Positions 12,590 through 23,971 of a stretch of DNA of 64,000 bases are shown piece by piece. Origin of the DNA: Macrostomum lignano (Eukaryota); contig NIVC01000392.1 in the NCBI GenBank assembly GCA_002269645.1, positions 372,001 through 436,000 of the forward strand. Direction: 5' to 3'. Under the pieces are notes generated by a model. That model saw only the letters and a list, made by a program, of their open reading frames with translations, searched no databases and was not told where the DNA came from. Position 1 is the first letter of the stretch. Each line of letters starts with the position of its first letter. A program made the position numbers and the translations under genes.

Positions 12590-12880
12590 CATGTAGTCTA
12601 GTGGTCAGAGCGTCGAATTCGCGACTATAAGGTCAGAGGTTCGATTCCTGATCCCACGGGAACAACTTGTATTCATGAGCAAACCAGTTAACTCTGCATT
12701 GCTTCAGTTCACCCAGCTGTGGGTAATTGAGTGCCAGCATTAGCTGTGGGTAATTGAGGATGCGTGTGGCGACCCCCAGACTGAACAGCCGCACGTAGTC
12801 TTCAGATGCGCCGCGCAATAGCTGCACATCTGGCCTAATTAGGGCAGGCCCGCACGTATAATCAATTATTATTATTATTA
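12590..12880 (+). mobile_element. tRNA-derived CORE-like SINE
   Basis: A box TAGTCTAGTGGTC, B box GGTTCGATTCC (12638-12648), core TTCAGTTCACCCAGCTGT, (ATT)n tail; homologous to 5400-5694. Confidence 0.87.
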
Positions 12881-13439
12881 ATTTAATATGAAAATTTTCA
12901 TGGCAGACGAAACGACATTACTGTCAACCATTCTAGACGGAATTCCAATGAAAATTTGAGACTAGCATGTGCTTTTGGGAATGGGGGGGGTGAGCAAGCA
13001 AAATACTTCATAGCTTTTTTCTCAACTTTGCCTCAAAGACTCCCCCTATGCACCAGGAAAATGTTGTTGCGAGAGAAGAAAGAGCCAGAGAGAAGGTTAG
13101 GCGAGACATTGGGAATAATGGAAGGTTTGGGAGAAAGCGCGGGTGAGTTGAATTAATGCTTAAGAAGTGCAAAGGACTCAGTTGGTACGGGTGTAGAGAA
13201 ACAGTCGATGAATGAAAGAGACGTGAGCTCAGTTGATGGCAGAGGATTAATCATCCGTACAGAGGCTAGAAAAAATGGTCTAATTACCTATCCGTTTTAA
13301 TCAATACTGATAGCTATTCAACCTTCCTCACCAGGTGTACTAATATGAGGAATATTGCTTGTTTCAGTACCGTGTGCAGGAACCGCGAGCATGCAAAAGT
13401 GCCGTCTGCACCAGCCGGTTGATCAGGAACCGGTTGAAC

Positions 13440-13600
13440 AGGTTGTCTCTCTGTGTGATTGATTTTAGAAAAAAAACGGCTCAACCGATTTTTATGAAAC
13501 TTGCAGAAGTGTATGTGTCCTGACTAAAAAATGGATAAATTCTTAGGGTTTAAAAATCGAAAAAACATGCCTTTTGCTTATTTTTTTCAAGCATAAAAGG
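13440..13600 (+). mobile_element. Possible non-autonomous Helitron/Helentron-like fragment
   Basis: AAACGGCTCAACCGATTTTTATGAAACTT resembles a motif common in invertebrate DINE-1-like elements; related sequence AAAAGGCTCAACCAATTT near 39613. Termini not identified. Confidence 0.35.
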
Positions 13601-15587
13601 TGGTTATGTGGCATGAGATGTCGAGGTAGATAAGTTTATGTTATTCCCCACTTATTTCATTTATTTGCACCGGTGCAAATAAATAATTTATTTGCACTGG
13701 AACTGATGTCCAAATAAATGGCAACTGATGGATACATAAAATAAACCTTATGCAGGATGAAATGAATAATTGAATAGTGAGATTACCCGGAATGGAATAT
13801 ATTACCGTATGGGATATAGAAAGCTGTATGAAACAGTTCCATATATTGGTTAATATTGGTTATATAGGTGAAAACAAAGAAATGTGGGGCAGAACCGACA
13901 GACAAAAAAATCAACCGCGTTGCTTTGAGGGCTGCATAGAATACAGTTTGCCAAAATTAACGTGTATGGAGGCTGGAAACAGACTGGGAGAGGGAAAGAG
14001 GGAGAGAGAGAGAGAGAGACGGAGACTACGGGCTTAGTCAGAGTGACCGAGAGCAAGGAGGCCTAGAGCCAGACCAACTTGTAGCCTGAGTGCAGAACTT
14101 TAGAGTTTACACACAAAATATAGTCAGGTCCCTGCATCAGATTTCACTCAAGTGATAATTCCGAGCTATTTCGGTTTTATCCCTGTGAAATCCTACAGTT
14201 GTTTGAGAACGGGGGATGGGGGATCAGGGAAAAGTATAACAACTCCAAGTTCTGGGTCTGGGCCTCCTTGCCGAGAGAGAGGTTGGGAAGAGGCAGGGGG
14301 CAAACTTGAGGAAACACTGTTTGTTAGCAAGGGAGGGCCTATTGCCATGGTTACAGCAGGCTGGCTAGCAAGAGGACGGTGAACGGGAGAGAGATGGAGC
14401 ACGTGCTCCAGAGTCGCGCGCACTTGCTCTGGGGGGGAGGATGGACAGTCGACTGACTAGCGAAGGCTTAAAACCTCTCAGGTTTTCTGCGGACAAGATC
14501 AATAATTTTTAACTAAGGAACTGAAAGCTAAAGTAATTTCAATGGTTAGGCCTCAAACATGTTTCATTTGTATCCTACTGACGATCTAGCAATTTACGAG
14601 CTATTAGCAGCTTAATTCCGAATAAGATTAAACTGCGTGATAAAAAAATTGCAATTCATTTATAAACCCGTCCTTGACTGCATAGCCGCCTCTCTGTGAA
14701 GCTGGCCTAGTTGTTGCTCCACCCCTATTCAGCATGGCCTCATACAAAACTTCAGTCTACTTCCCAGCCTAAAGCACTTCTACCCTCACAATCTCGCAGA
14801 ACTGGGCTTGAAGCAAGCAGTGAAATACAGCGCTAAAAGAGGGGGAAGACAAAAGAGCGGATATTTTTATTCCCCCCCCCCTGGCTAAACTGCGATAGGT
14901 TAGCAGATGCGGGAGCTTTTTCATTGTTCATGCACGTTCAGTTTTATTATTAGATTTACAGGGGGAAGTTCAGAATAAAAAGAATTAAATCGTCAAATAC
15001 AGTAAAAGAAAGCAGTCTGAATTCTACATGTAACTACAAGTTAATACTGAACAGGAAGTTTACTCTTCACAGACTACTTTGCGACCCTGGTAACTCGTCT
15101 TCTTCAAACGGCGACGCACTGGAGATGCTTATGTCAGATTGCATGGGCTGGAAGGCTAAGATGCTCATGTTATGTCCTCTGCTTCTTCTACGATGACTAT
15201 AATTCCAGTCTCGATTGACTCTTCTAAATTAACGATATTAAAAATCGAAGTCCGTGATGTTTAATTGAAGCGAGTTACCAGCGTACTTTACATTTTATCC
15301 TGCAGCCGTGACTTGTTATTTCTTTCTCTTTTAGTCGCAGCTCAATAAGAGCACTCAAGTCAAGCACATAGACATAAGCACTGTAATGCATAAAACAAAT
15401 GAACTGATTAAAATTAACAAGCGTTGTATACGCAACAGTAAAATTAGAGCATACACAACAGCTCAGTGTTAATGCACGCTCGCAGTATTAACTAGGCTGC
15501 AAAATGGTATAGCTAACCAAAAGACTACAACACTTGCTTCAGCGTTTAGGAACGATACTACACGATCGGAAAGGAACAATGTGAACA

Positions 15588-15746
15588 ATGCGTCGACTGC
15601 TGTTTCGCTTCTCTCTGTTTCTGCTGATGAGCATCTTTGCAACCATGTGGCTGAGTAGAGAAAGAAAATCAGGCTCGTCTGCTAGATATATTAGACAGAA
15701 TCACTCCTGGACGAGGCCATCATCGAATAGTTCGAAGCTCGAGTAA
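15588..15746 (+). pseudogene. Truncated paralogue of the 5' end of the GT32 gene (52-aa ORF)
   Basis: MRRLLFRFSLFLLMSIFATMWLSRERKSGSSARYIRQNHSWTRPSSNSSKLE* aligns at DNA and protein level to RLLFRFSLLLLICIVATMWLSSGRKSASYIGQHLFWTRSSNSSKLE of 17188-18378; similarity ends at TAA 15744-15746. Confidence 0.8.
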
Positions 15747-17187
15747 ATCTTATTTCTAGAAAACATATGTTTACATTTAGAAGAGTGAATATTAAGACAA
15801 TTTAAAACGCTTAGAGAAAGATGCATTTTGCCAGACGGATCGATTGTAAGAAAAATAAACGCTGGCAATGGATTCCGGTAGCTATATTTCAAACTAAAAT
15901 ATAAGATTATTACAATCTTTGGTAGTACTATTACAAGTTGGTCTAAGACGGCGTTAAAAAGACTCTTCAGGAAAGATAGTAGGGAAGTAGCAGCATGCTG
16001 AGCTCCTTCAAAGCAGGAAGTTCAATTAGCACGAGTTCAACTAAGACCTACTCGAGTATCCGGCAAATGGAGCAATTTAAGGACAAATCGATCGATAGAT
16101 TATCGGAACCAGAAATCGGAGAGATTCGTCACACATTTCAAGGCATGTTTTCTTATATACAAGCTCGTACAAGAATAACAGGATTTAGTCACATCGACAT
16201 GTACTGGGCCGAGTGAAATTAAAGTGAGGAAGTTGAATATAAGAAATCTTCATTCCTTTAGTCAAGGCTCAGTGAAATAGAAAGCGATTTTCGCTAAAGT
16301 TTTGCTTCACAGTTGAAGAAAAGACAAACAAGAAGCAAATCTTCCCAAAGACTTGTTGTACAAGTCTATCACGACGGTCTTGAATGCTGATGAATTGATT
16401 ATTTTGTGATTATCTATCCAGAGCTAAATTGACTATAATTAACTTTTTGGGTCACTCTGCCGCTTTGATAAAAAAGCTACCCACCGGATCTCCTTGCAAA
16501 TATACTGTATAATTCCTAGCGTTTTGGTTTGCAGCCAACTAGGATCGGAGTCTGCTTTGAGATCGTAAATTTGGTTTTCCCATTCGTGTAACAATACCAA
16601 TTCTCGTGCCGTCACGCACTGCCTGCACGTGCACTGACTGAGCAGATAGACATTCCAACTGTAAACCATTATTGAAATGCGCGACTCTTTAAAAAATGCG
16701 TGGGCTAAAAACACTGCAGCTGCAAACTCCGGCTAATTTCTGGCCAATCGGTGACAAACGCGTCCACGAACGCTTTTCTGCTCTGCCTGTCACCACTTCC
16801 CTCTCTACCCACTGCCTGTCCTGTACAGTCTGCTTGCCTCATGCGTCCTCCCAAGAAGACTTAGCTAGTAAAAAGCGGCAGCCTATTCCCAAGCTCACAC
16901 CGAGAATCGAGCTCTCTCCCTCGCTGCATCGGAGGGCTGGCTTAAAGCAAACATTAAAAGCGGCGGGAGAAAGGCGACAGAGAAGTAGTAAGGAAGAAGG
17001 CGTTTGAAAGTTTTCCCAGTTCTTTGCCTCGTTTGCTCGTCAAGGATTCTGTTCAGGTGAAAATTGCCTTCTGACTCGGAGCCGAATTTTTATTCCAATT
17101 TGCTGTCTACCTTCTGCGATGGAGTGCACTTCAATCAAAGAAAAATTGTAGAGCCTAACCGTTAAAAATATGTTGCAGCTATGAGCG

Positions 17188-18378
17188 ATGACAGCTAAAA
17201 TGATGCTGGTATGTCGCGTCTTTCAAAGCATGGGCTTCTATAGCAAGCACGGTAAATTAACTCGACTGCTGTTCCGCTTCTCTCTGCTTCTGCTGATTTG
17301 CATAGTTGCTACCATGTGGCTGAGTAGCGGAAGAAAATCAGCTAGTTATATCGGACAGCATCTTTTCTGGACGAGGTCATCGAATAGTTCGAAACTCGAG
17401 CGAGTCCTGACAATGGTAAAGCTTCAACCAGACTACAAACCCGATGCTGCTAATCTGGCACTGCTGAGAAACGGAAGCGTGCGCTGTCGCGACGTCCAGT
17501 CTCTGTTCCCGAACAGGATACCGCCAGTCATCCACTGGACCAACGCCGATCAGAGAGTACTGAAGAAGCACCACAAAATGCTGCGTTCGTGGCGCAAAGT
17601 GCTAGGAGATTCCTTCGCCTACATGTACTGGGAGGACAAAGACATCAACAAGCTACTCGATATGCACTATCAGAGCCTCAGACCGTTTTACCAGAAACTA
17701 AAGGCCGGCATAATGAGGTCTGACATCGGCAGGTTGATCATCTTGCACCATGTCGGCGGCGTGTACTCCGACTTGGACGTCAATTTGCTAAGAAATATTA
17801 CCAGCTTTTTGCTACAATACTCGGCTGTGTGGTCGCAGGAGCCCATTGAGCACATTTACTACATGTACAAGCGGACTCAGCTACTGAGCAATGCGCTCTT
17901 CATGACGCAGGCCCGTCACAAGTTCTTGGAATACGTGCTCAACGCCTGGCCGCCCTGGTTCCAATCGCAATGGTCCAAGAAAACTGGGACCCTTGGTGAC
18001 CCAAACAAGGCAATTCACATAACTGGACCGCTAATGCTGAATTACTTCTTTGACAAATGTTCGAAGTCAAACTCTAGTCAAGCTGATTGCGGCGAATTGC
18101 ACCTGGCCGATCCTGACCAGTTTCAACCAATTTGGGATTCCGGGTATGCTCAAAACATCGCCAAAAATCAGTGCTCAAAGCATCGCAAGACCATGAAGCC
18201 GGTGCAAATTAAGCACTGCGATTTACTAGCGAGCAGGAAATTCGAGATGCGACCAATCAACCGGAATGTTACATACGGGGTGCACAGGTTTCTTCACACA
18301 AGCTATCGAGTGAAATACAGCTTCGACAAGTCTAAACTGGCTAAAGACATTTTGCCGCTCAGTCATTGCATTATTTAG
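17188..18378 (+). CDS. Glycosyltransferase family 32 (DXD-motif, Gly_transf_sug/OCH1-SUR1-like), type II membrane protein, single exon
   Basis: 396-aa ORF: N-terminal signal anchor, IPPVIHWT, RSDIGRLIILHHVGGVYSDLDV (GGxYxDxD signature), NALF and TGP motifs; AATAAA downstream near 18497. Confidence 0.9.
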   Translation: MTAKMMLVCRVFQSMGFYSKHGKLTRLLFRFSLLLLICIVATMWLSSGRKSASYIGQHLFWTRSSNSSKLERVLTMVKLQPDYKPDAANLALLRNGSVRCRDVQSLFPNRIPPVIHWTNADQRVLKKHHKMLRSWRKVLGDSFAYMYWEDKDINKLLDMHYQSLRPFYQKLKAGIMRSDIGRLIILHHVGGVYSDLDVNLLRNITSFLLQYSAVWSQEPIEHIYYMYKRTQLLSNALFMTQARHKFLEYVLNAWPPWFQSQWSKKTGTLGDPNKAIHITGPLMLNYFFDKCSKSNSSQADCGELHLADPDQFQPIWDSGYAQNIAKNQCSKHRKTMKPVQIKHCDLLASRKFEMRPINRNVTYGVHRFLHTSYRVKYSFDKSKLAKDILPLSHCII

Positions 18379-19020
18379 ACCCGATTGTGCCAGGTGCTGA
18401 GAAAAAATTTAACTATATAGTATCTCATAAACAGGTTGCTCATTGCTGGAAATGAACTAATTTTAGATAAAAGAGATGTAAACTTAAGCAGCGAAAAATA
18501 AAGCGTAAAAGTTCTGCTCTGGGCAAGACCGACTGCAATCGGTCGAGAATCCAGGTACGAGCGTAAGGGGACCTGGATTCTCGGGATGTCTTGGCCAACT
18601 GGCCTGACTAGTTACCGATCGCATTCGCTTTGGTCCGGAGCTCAGCTTCAGGCTTTATGTCAGTGCTTAAGTTCGCTTCTCCTTTGATGCAAATATCGGG
18701 TCATCTTTCAATCAGATCCAGTGGAATCATAGATTGTCAGTTTCCAGCAATGACTTCTTAATTAGCGTGAAATCTCTAGGTTTGATTAACCACCTTGGCA
18801 CTGCATACACAATTAACTGTATTTTACGATTATTTGATGAGCAAATTGCTTTTTTACTTTCGTGGATGCTTAAATAAAGTCTGTGACATACGGAGTGAAA
18901 GTCTGATGATGATGGGCAAACCTTCCTGCGTACGTCACAGTCTAATTTAAGCAATCCTTATTCCCTCCATTAACTATAATATGTCTGCTTTATTTTGTTT
19001 TCCTTTAGTATATATATATT

Positions 19021-19323
19021 CAGCGACAGCTAACCCCAGCCCCTTCAACGGACGCTAAGTTAAGGATGTCTGGTACTTCCAGGCATTCAGAACCGCCTGT
19101 GCAAACTGTTCAGCATTCTGCGGGGCTCCCTACTGAATTCTTCGCTTTACGAAGGTCCCGTAGACTTGCTCGATGGGGTTCATGTCTGGAGAGCATCTGA
19201 CGGCCTGTTTAAATGTGCGGATCGCTTTGCGAAACATCCCCTCTTTCAGTTCCTTTCCCGATGGCAAGAAAGTTTTGGCCCGTGTGGCAGCGTGAGTTGT
19301 GGGGGGGGGTTAAGCTGTTGCTG
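19021..19323 (-). mobile_element. Internally deleted Tc1/mariner element
   Basis: Minus-strand translation HAATRAKTFL...SPDMNPIEQVYG...AVLNAW matches the transposase C-terminal SPDLNPIE motif; imperfect terminal inverted repeats CAGCGACAGCTAACCCC and GGGGTTAAGCTGTTGCTG; one in-frame stop; no clean TA TSD. Confidence 0.75.
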
Positions 19324-20330
19324 ATTACATAAGTAAACATACATGTACACTTATGTAAGTGTACAGTGCCTTTGCAGTCAGTGTGATCTCAGAAGTTGAC
19401 TTAATCCAGGGTGGCAGAACGCTACACTCAAGACAACTGCTGCCTCTAGTCTAGTCTATGGTCGAAAGTTTTACTAAGACTTAATCTTTACAGCATTAAC
19501 TCAGCCCATTTTCCTCATTTTGGATCTCTCCTTTGAATCTGGTTAATCCAAAGTAAATTGTTTACATGGTTTACCATTGGGCCGATAAAGAAATTTTAGT
19601 TCTGACTTTTTTGCACATAGTTCTTTTGCGTGTAATTTTTTGCTTAAACCAAATGAACAGATGTAGAGATTTGATGAGTGTCTAAAAACTTTTTGACTTG
19701 CGCTAAAGTACGAATAGTAATGAGTAGGAAATTAAAATTTCTAAATTGTCTACTTTGTGCAAATTCATAATTTTTGTCAATCTAGAAATTGCGAAACAAA
19801 CACATGGACCCTCTGAGAACGTGATTTTAAAAAGTCTGTTGTCCTTCAGAATGACCTTCAAAAGCTTCGACAAAGCACATTTTTGGATAAATACTGATTT
19901 AACTTTATTCCGATATGATTATGTCTAAGCAATATTTAGTGTCTTTTACGAGTACGACAGGTACTTTTTACTGCATTATATGTTTACCCATGTTATAAAA
20001 AATAAACTAGACTTATCTCAATAATACGCGAAAAATACAAGCTACTTCAATTTTTGTTTTAAATACAACCTTAAAAGGGCTTGAACATTCTACAGTAGGA
20101 GCCAGTATACTTACTTACTGAAAAGCTAAATTCAAGACGGACTAAAGACAATCAAATAAAATAAATATTGAAGCCGAATCATAAAAGCTTTTGTTAGAGT
20201 ACAAATTCAAGCAGTTGCATCAATTGCATTTATTCATTAATATCCTGATATTTAAGCGTCTTAAAATACGCAATACGAAGTTTCATACTAAAAATGCCGA
20301 TAGTCCTAACAGTTATTGAAATGTCAAGCC

Positions 20331-22422
20331 TCAGACCACCAGCCTAACCAGACTGTTGTCACTCTCGTGCCCGGCGCCCGATGAATTCGCCGACTCAACT
20401 GACGAAGCATTGGAATCTAGTCGCTGACGTTCGCGACTTATTTGATTGCGCTTCCTCCGCTTCGAAGCGCGACTGTCTTCTTTGGCCAGTAGGCCAATTC
20501 TACTGGGCGTTTCAGCTTTGCGAGACTTTTTCTTGCGAGCTTGCCGGGGCGGCGGCATTACCCGGCCCTGCGGAACAAAAAAGTCAGCGTATACTTTAAA
20601 TTTTTGCATGACACAGTGCGTTTATTGTGTTAAATGCATCGTTGAATCTTCGAAGACACCCGAACTTGTACCATAGACTGAGCTAACTGCAAAGCTAGTG
20701 ACGTCAAAGGCGCAGTCATGTGTGCAATAATTTTAGATTGTGTCTATGGTTCTGGAGACAGACAATGGTAGATTGTGTCTGTGGTTCTGGAGACAGACAA
20801 TGGTATATTGTGTCTATGGTTCTGGAGACAGACAATGGTAGATTGTGTCTATGGTTCTGGAGACAGACAATGGTAGATTGTGTCTATGGTTCAGGAGACA
20901 GACAATGGTAGATTGTGTCTATGGTTCTGGAGACAGACAATGGTATATTGTGTCTATGGTTCTGGAGACAGACAATGGTAGATTGTGTCTATGGTTCTGG
21001 AGACAGACAATGGTAGATTGTGTCTATGGTTCAGGAGACAGACAATGGTAGATTGTGTCTATGGTTCTGGAGACAGAAAATGGTATATTGTGTTTATGGT
21101 TCTGGAGACAGACAATGTAGATTGCGTCTATGGTTCTGGAGACAGACAATGGTAGATTGTGTCTATGGTTCTGGAGACAGACAATGGTAGATTGTGTCTA
21201 TGGTTCTGGAGACAGACAATGATAGATTGTGTCTATGGTTCTGGAGACAGACAATGGTAGATTGTCTATGGTTCTGGAGACAGACAATGGTAGATTGTGT
21301 CTATGGTTCTGGAGACAGACAATGTTATTTTGTGTCCATGGTTCTGGAGACAAACAATGGTAGATTGTCTATGGTTTTGGAGGTAGACAATGGTACAAGT
21401 GGTTTTGTCACAGAAAATGATTAATTTGAGTGACTAGTGGCTCGCCACTCGTGAAAATTCAATCACTGTCCTAATTTATAATAATCTAAGGAGAGAATTT
21501 ATTAGAGATTTTAGAGATTATCTGAATAATTTAAAGAAATCATAGAAGAAATGTGCCGATTTCTTTTTGTGTGAGAACTTGTCAGAACATTCCGGACGAC
21601 GCACGTAGGTTGTTGTGCATCAAACACGTTGTGGCCATAGACAAAAAACCCGTTGTGGCCGATGTATTAAAAAGCGGCTTTACTTTTTGTCCTGATTGGC
21701 AGTCCATCCAAGGCGACCTCAATACTCTCTGAGACTAATATTCTGAAAAGATGTTTAGTAATCACCTGATCGTGCAGCGTCAAATGCAGCTTCAGTTTCT
21801 GCTGAGTGCACAGACTATAACTGCAGCCTGGCCTTGGACAAGGAAATCTGACTCCAAGATGACGCGATCGAATGTGCTGCTGCAAATTTCTAGCTAGAGT
21901 GTACGCTTTGCCGCAGCCAACGTAAGGACAAGAATGCCGAGGAGTTGACGGTCCAGCTTCAGTGGAACTATTAGAGCAATGCGCCGAGTTCAAGTGACCT
22001 TTTAGCAGGGCTTTGCAAGCCAGACGGACGCCGCACTGTGGACAGTCAATCTCTGCCGGATGCTCCAAAGCGCGATGCCGACGCAGAGCGCTGTAGCCGA
22101 CAAATTCAGCGTCGCAGTCGGGGCACCGACGAACGGCGTGCCGACGCTGATGCCGGGCCAGCTTCGACTGGCAGACGAACAGTCGATGACAGCCAGGATG
22201 AGGACACGGCAGGCACAGGCTTGACGCTTTGTGCACCACAGCTCGGTGAGCGGCCAGTTGCTTCTTCTGACGGAATCCGTTGTCGTAGGCGTTGCTGAAC
22301 GGTGGACAGTCCGGGCAGTGGTAGCGCTTGGGCGGGTGTTTTTCTTTACCAGCTCTCTTACTAGCGGTATGGCCTGCATCGAGGCTGTCACTGACTGACG
22401 ATTCGTCTGCAGATTCTGCCAT
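20331..22422 (-). CDS. GTF3A: TFIIIA (GTF3A)-like C2H2 zinc-finger protein with six fingers; exons 22422-21766 and 20567-20331, 297 aa
   Basis: Six C2H2 fingers whose sequences follow TFIIIA fingers 4-9 (FRQKKQLAAH; CPHPGC..F...SKLARH; EIDCPQC; GCGKAYT...NLQQHI..RH; last finger ending HD), then a basic tail. Phase-0 junction CAG|GTGATT ... TTTTTTGTTCCGCAG|GGC joins the exons in frame. Confidence 0.78.
20735..21395. repeat. 35-bp minisatellite in the GTF3A-like intron
   Basis: About 19 copies of AGATTGTGTCTATGGTTCTGGAGACAGACAATGGT. Confidence 0.95.
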
Positions 22423-23369
22423 AGTTTAGCCGGTCAATATGACTGAACAACTGTCTGTCTTTGATAACTCAACTCCATGCAGCAATGCTGTTGCGGTTCA
22501 TGCAATAAATGAAGTTAACTCTTCTTAATAAATTAGAGCGGCTAGGTTGTGGGACATCGGGGATAATCTGCTTAGATCGGGGCAGAGTAAAGCACTGAGA
22601 GTAGTGGGATGGGGGGTTTAGTCGCGTTGGGACAAGCCTATTTTAATTTTATATGAAATTTACAACAGGAGGCCATATTAAAGCAATAATAAAACAAAAT
22701 CGATTGATTTATTAAATGAAAAAGCGCACAGCAAATATTCGTATGTTACTACTTGTGCGTCGACAAATTTAAGTAGCATATTCGGTACATACAGGTTGGA
22801 CCAGCCGATCAATTGTAAAAAAGCAGACCTGCAATAAGTTTAGTCTTTTGCAATAAAATTATGTTGGAAATAGGGCTTTAAATGCTCTAAAAGACAAATA
22901 TTATTAAATATGTACTGTTGAATCACCCAGTGATGCAAATTTCATACATAGAGAAGCTACCTCAGACACATAAGTTTGTAATTGAAAAACATGTATTTGT
23001 AACCCGCTATGCACAGCAGCGTTTGGAATGCAATGTGTGAGATTTATTGTAATTATTTGTATTATTAATATTATAGAGTACTGCTGACGATACCTTATTA
23101 TAGTATACTACTTGTCCTTAGTAGGCTGGATACTTTCTATTCTAATGAATTACACACAAAAAGAAAATTCGCAAAAAAGCAAACAAGACAGTAGAAATAA
23201 TTGGCATTAAAAATAAGCAAAGAATGGAACGGAGGCTGTTGACATTAATGACAATAAAATTCCATTCATTATTTAATTAACTGTATTCTTTACAAACAAT
23301 TAAAACAATGAAAATGTCTACATTTAGTTAATATAGCTATTGAAATCCAATGAAGAGAACTCTATACTG

Positions 23370-23912
23370 CCATTCACTCTCCACTCAAAGCCATAGACAA
23401 TATTGCCATTCACTTTCCACTCAAAGCCATAGACAATATTGCCATTCACTCTCCACTCAAAGCCATAGACAATACTGCAATTCACTCTCCACTCAAAGCC
23501 ATAGACAATACTGCGATTCACTCTCCACTCAAAGCCATAGACAATATTGCCATTCACTCTTCACTCAAAGCCATATACAATATTGCCATTCACTTTCCAC
23601 TCAAAGCCATAGACAATATTGCCATTCACTTTCCACTCAAAGCCATAGACAATATTGCCATTCACTTTCCACTCAAAGCCATAGACAATATTGCCATTCA
23701 CTCTTCACTCAAAGCCATAGACAATATTGCCATTCACTCTTCACTCAAAGCCATAGACAATATTGCCATTCACTCTTCACTCAAGCCATAGACAATACTG
23801 CAATTCACTCTCCACTCAAAACCATAGACAATATTGCCACTCACTTTCCACTCAAAGCCATAGACAATATTGCCATTCACTTTCCACTCAAAGCCATAGA
23901 CAATATTGTCAT
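23370..23912. repeat. 36-bp minisatellite just 3' of the TBC1D31 stop codon
   Basis: About 15 copies of CCATTCACTTTCCACTCAAAGCCATAGACAATATTG. Confidence 0.95.
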
Positions 23913-23971
23913 CCATATTCGCACTTGAATATTTTTCCTACTTATTGGATCACCCCTCAAAGCTCAGCGCC

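Noticed and set aside
12591-12660. tRNA-like sequence with A and B boxes (also at 5630-5694, 32620-32715, 62000-62060)
   Set aside because: No complete cloverleaf, and each continues into the shared SINE body; these are SINE heads, not tRNA genes.
12900-14480. Possible LINE endonuclease remnants on the minus strand (e.g. GGPDPELGVVILF)
   Set aside because: Similarity too weak and fragmented to support a call.
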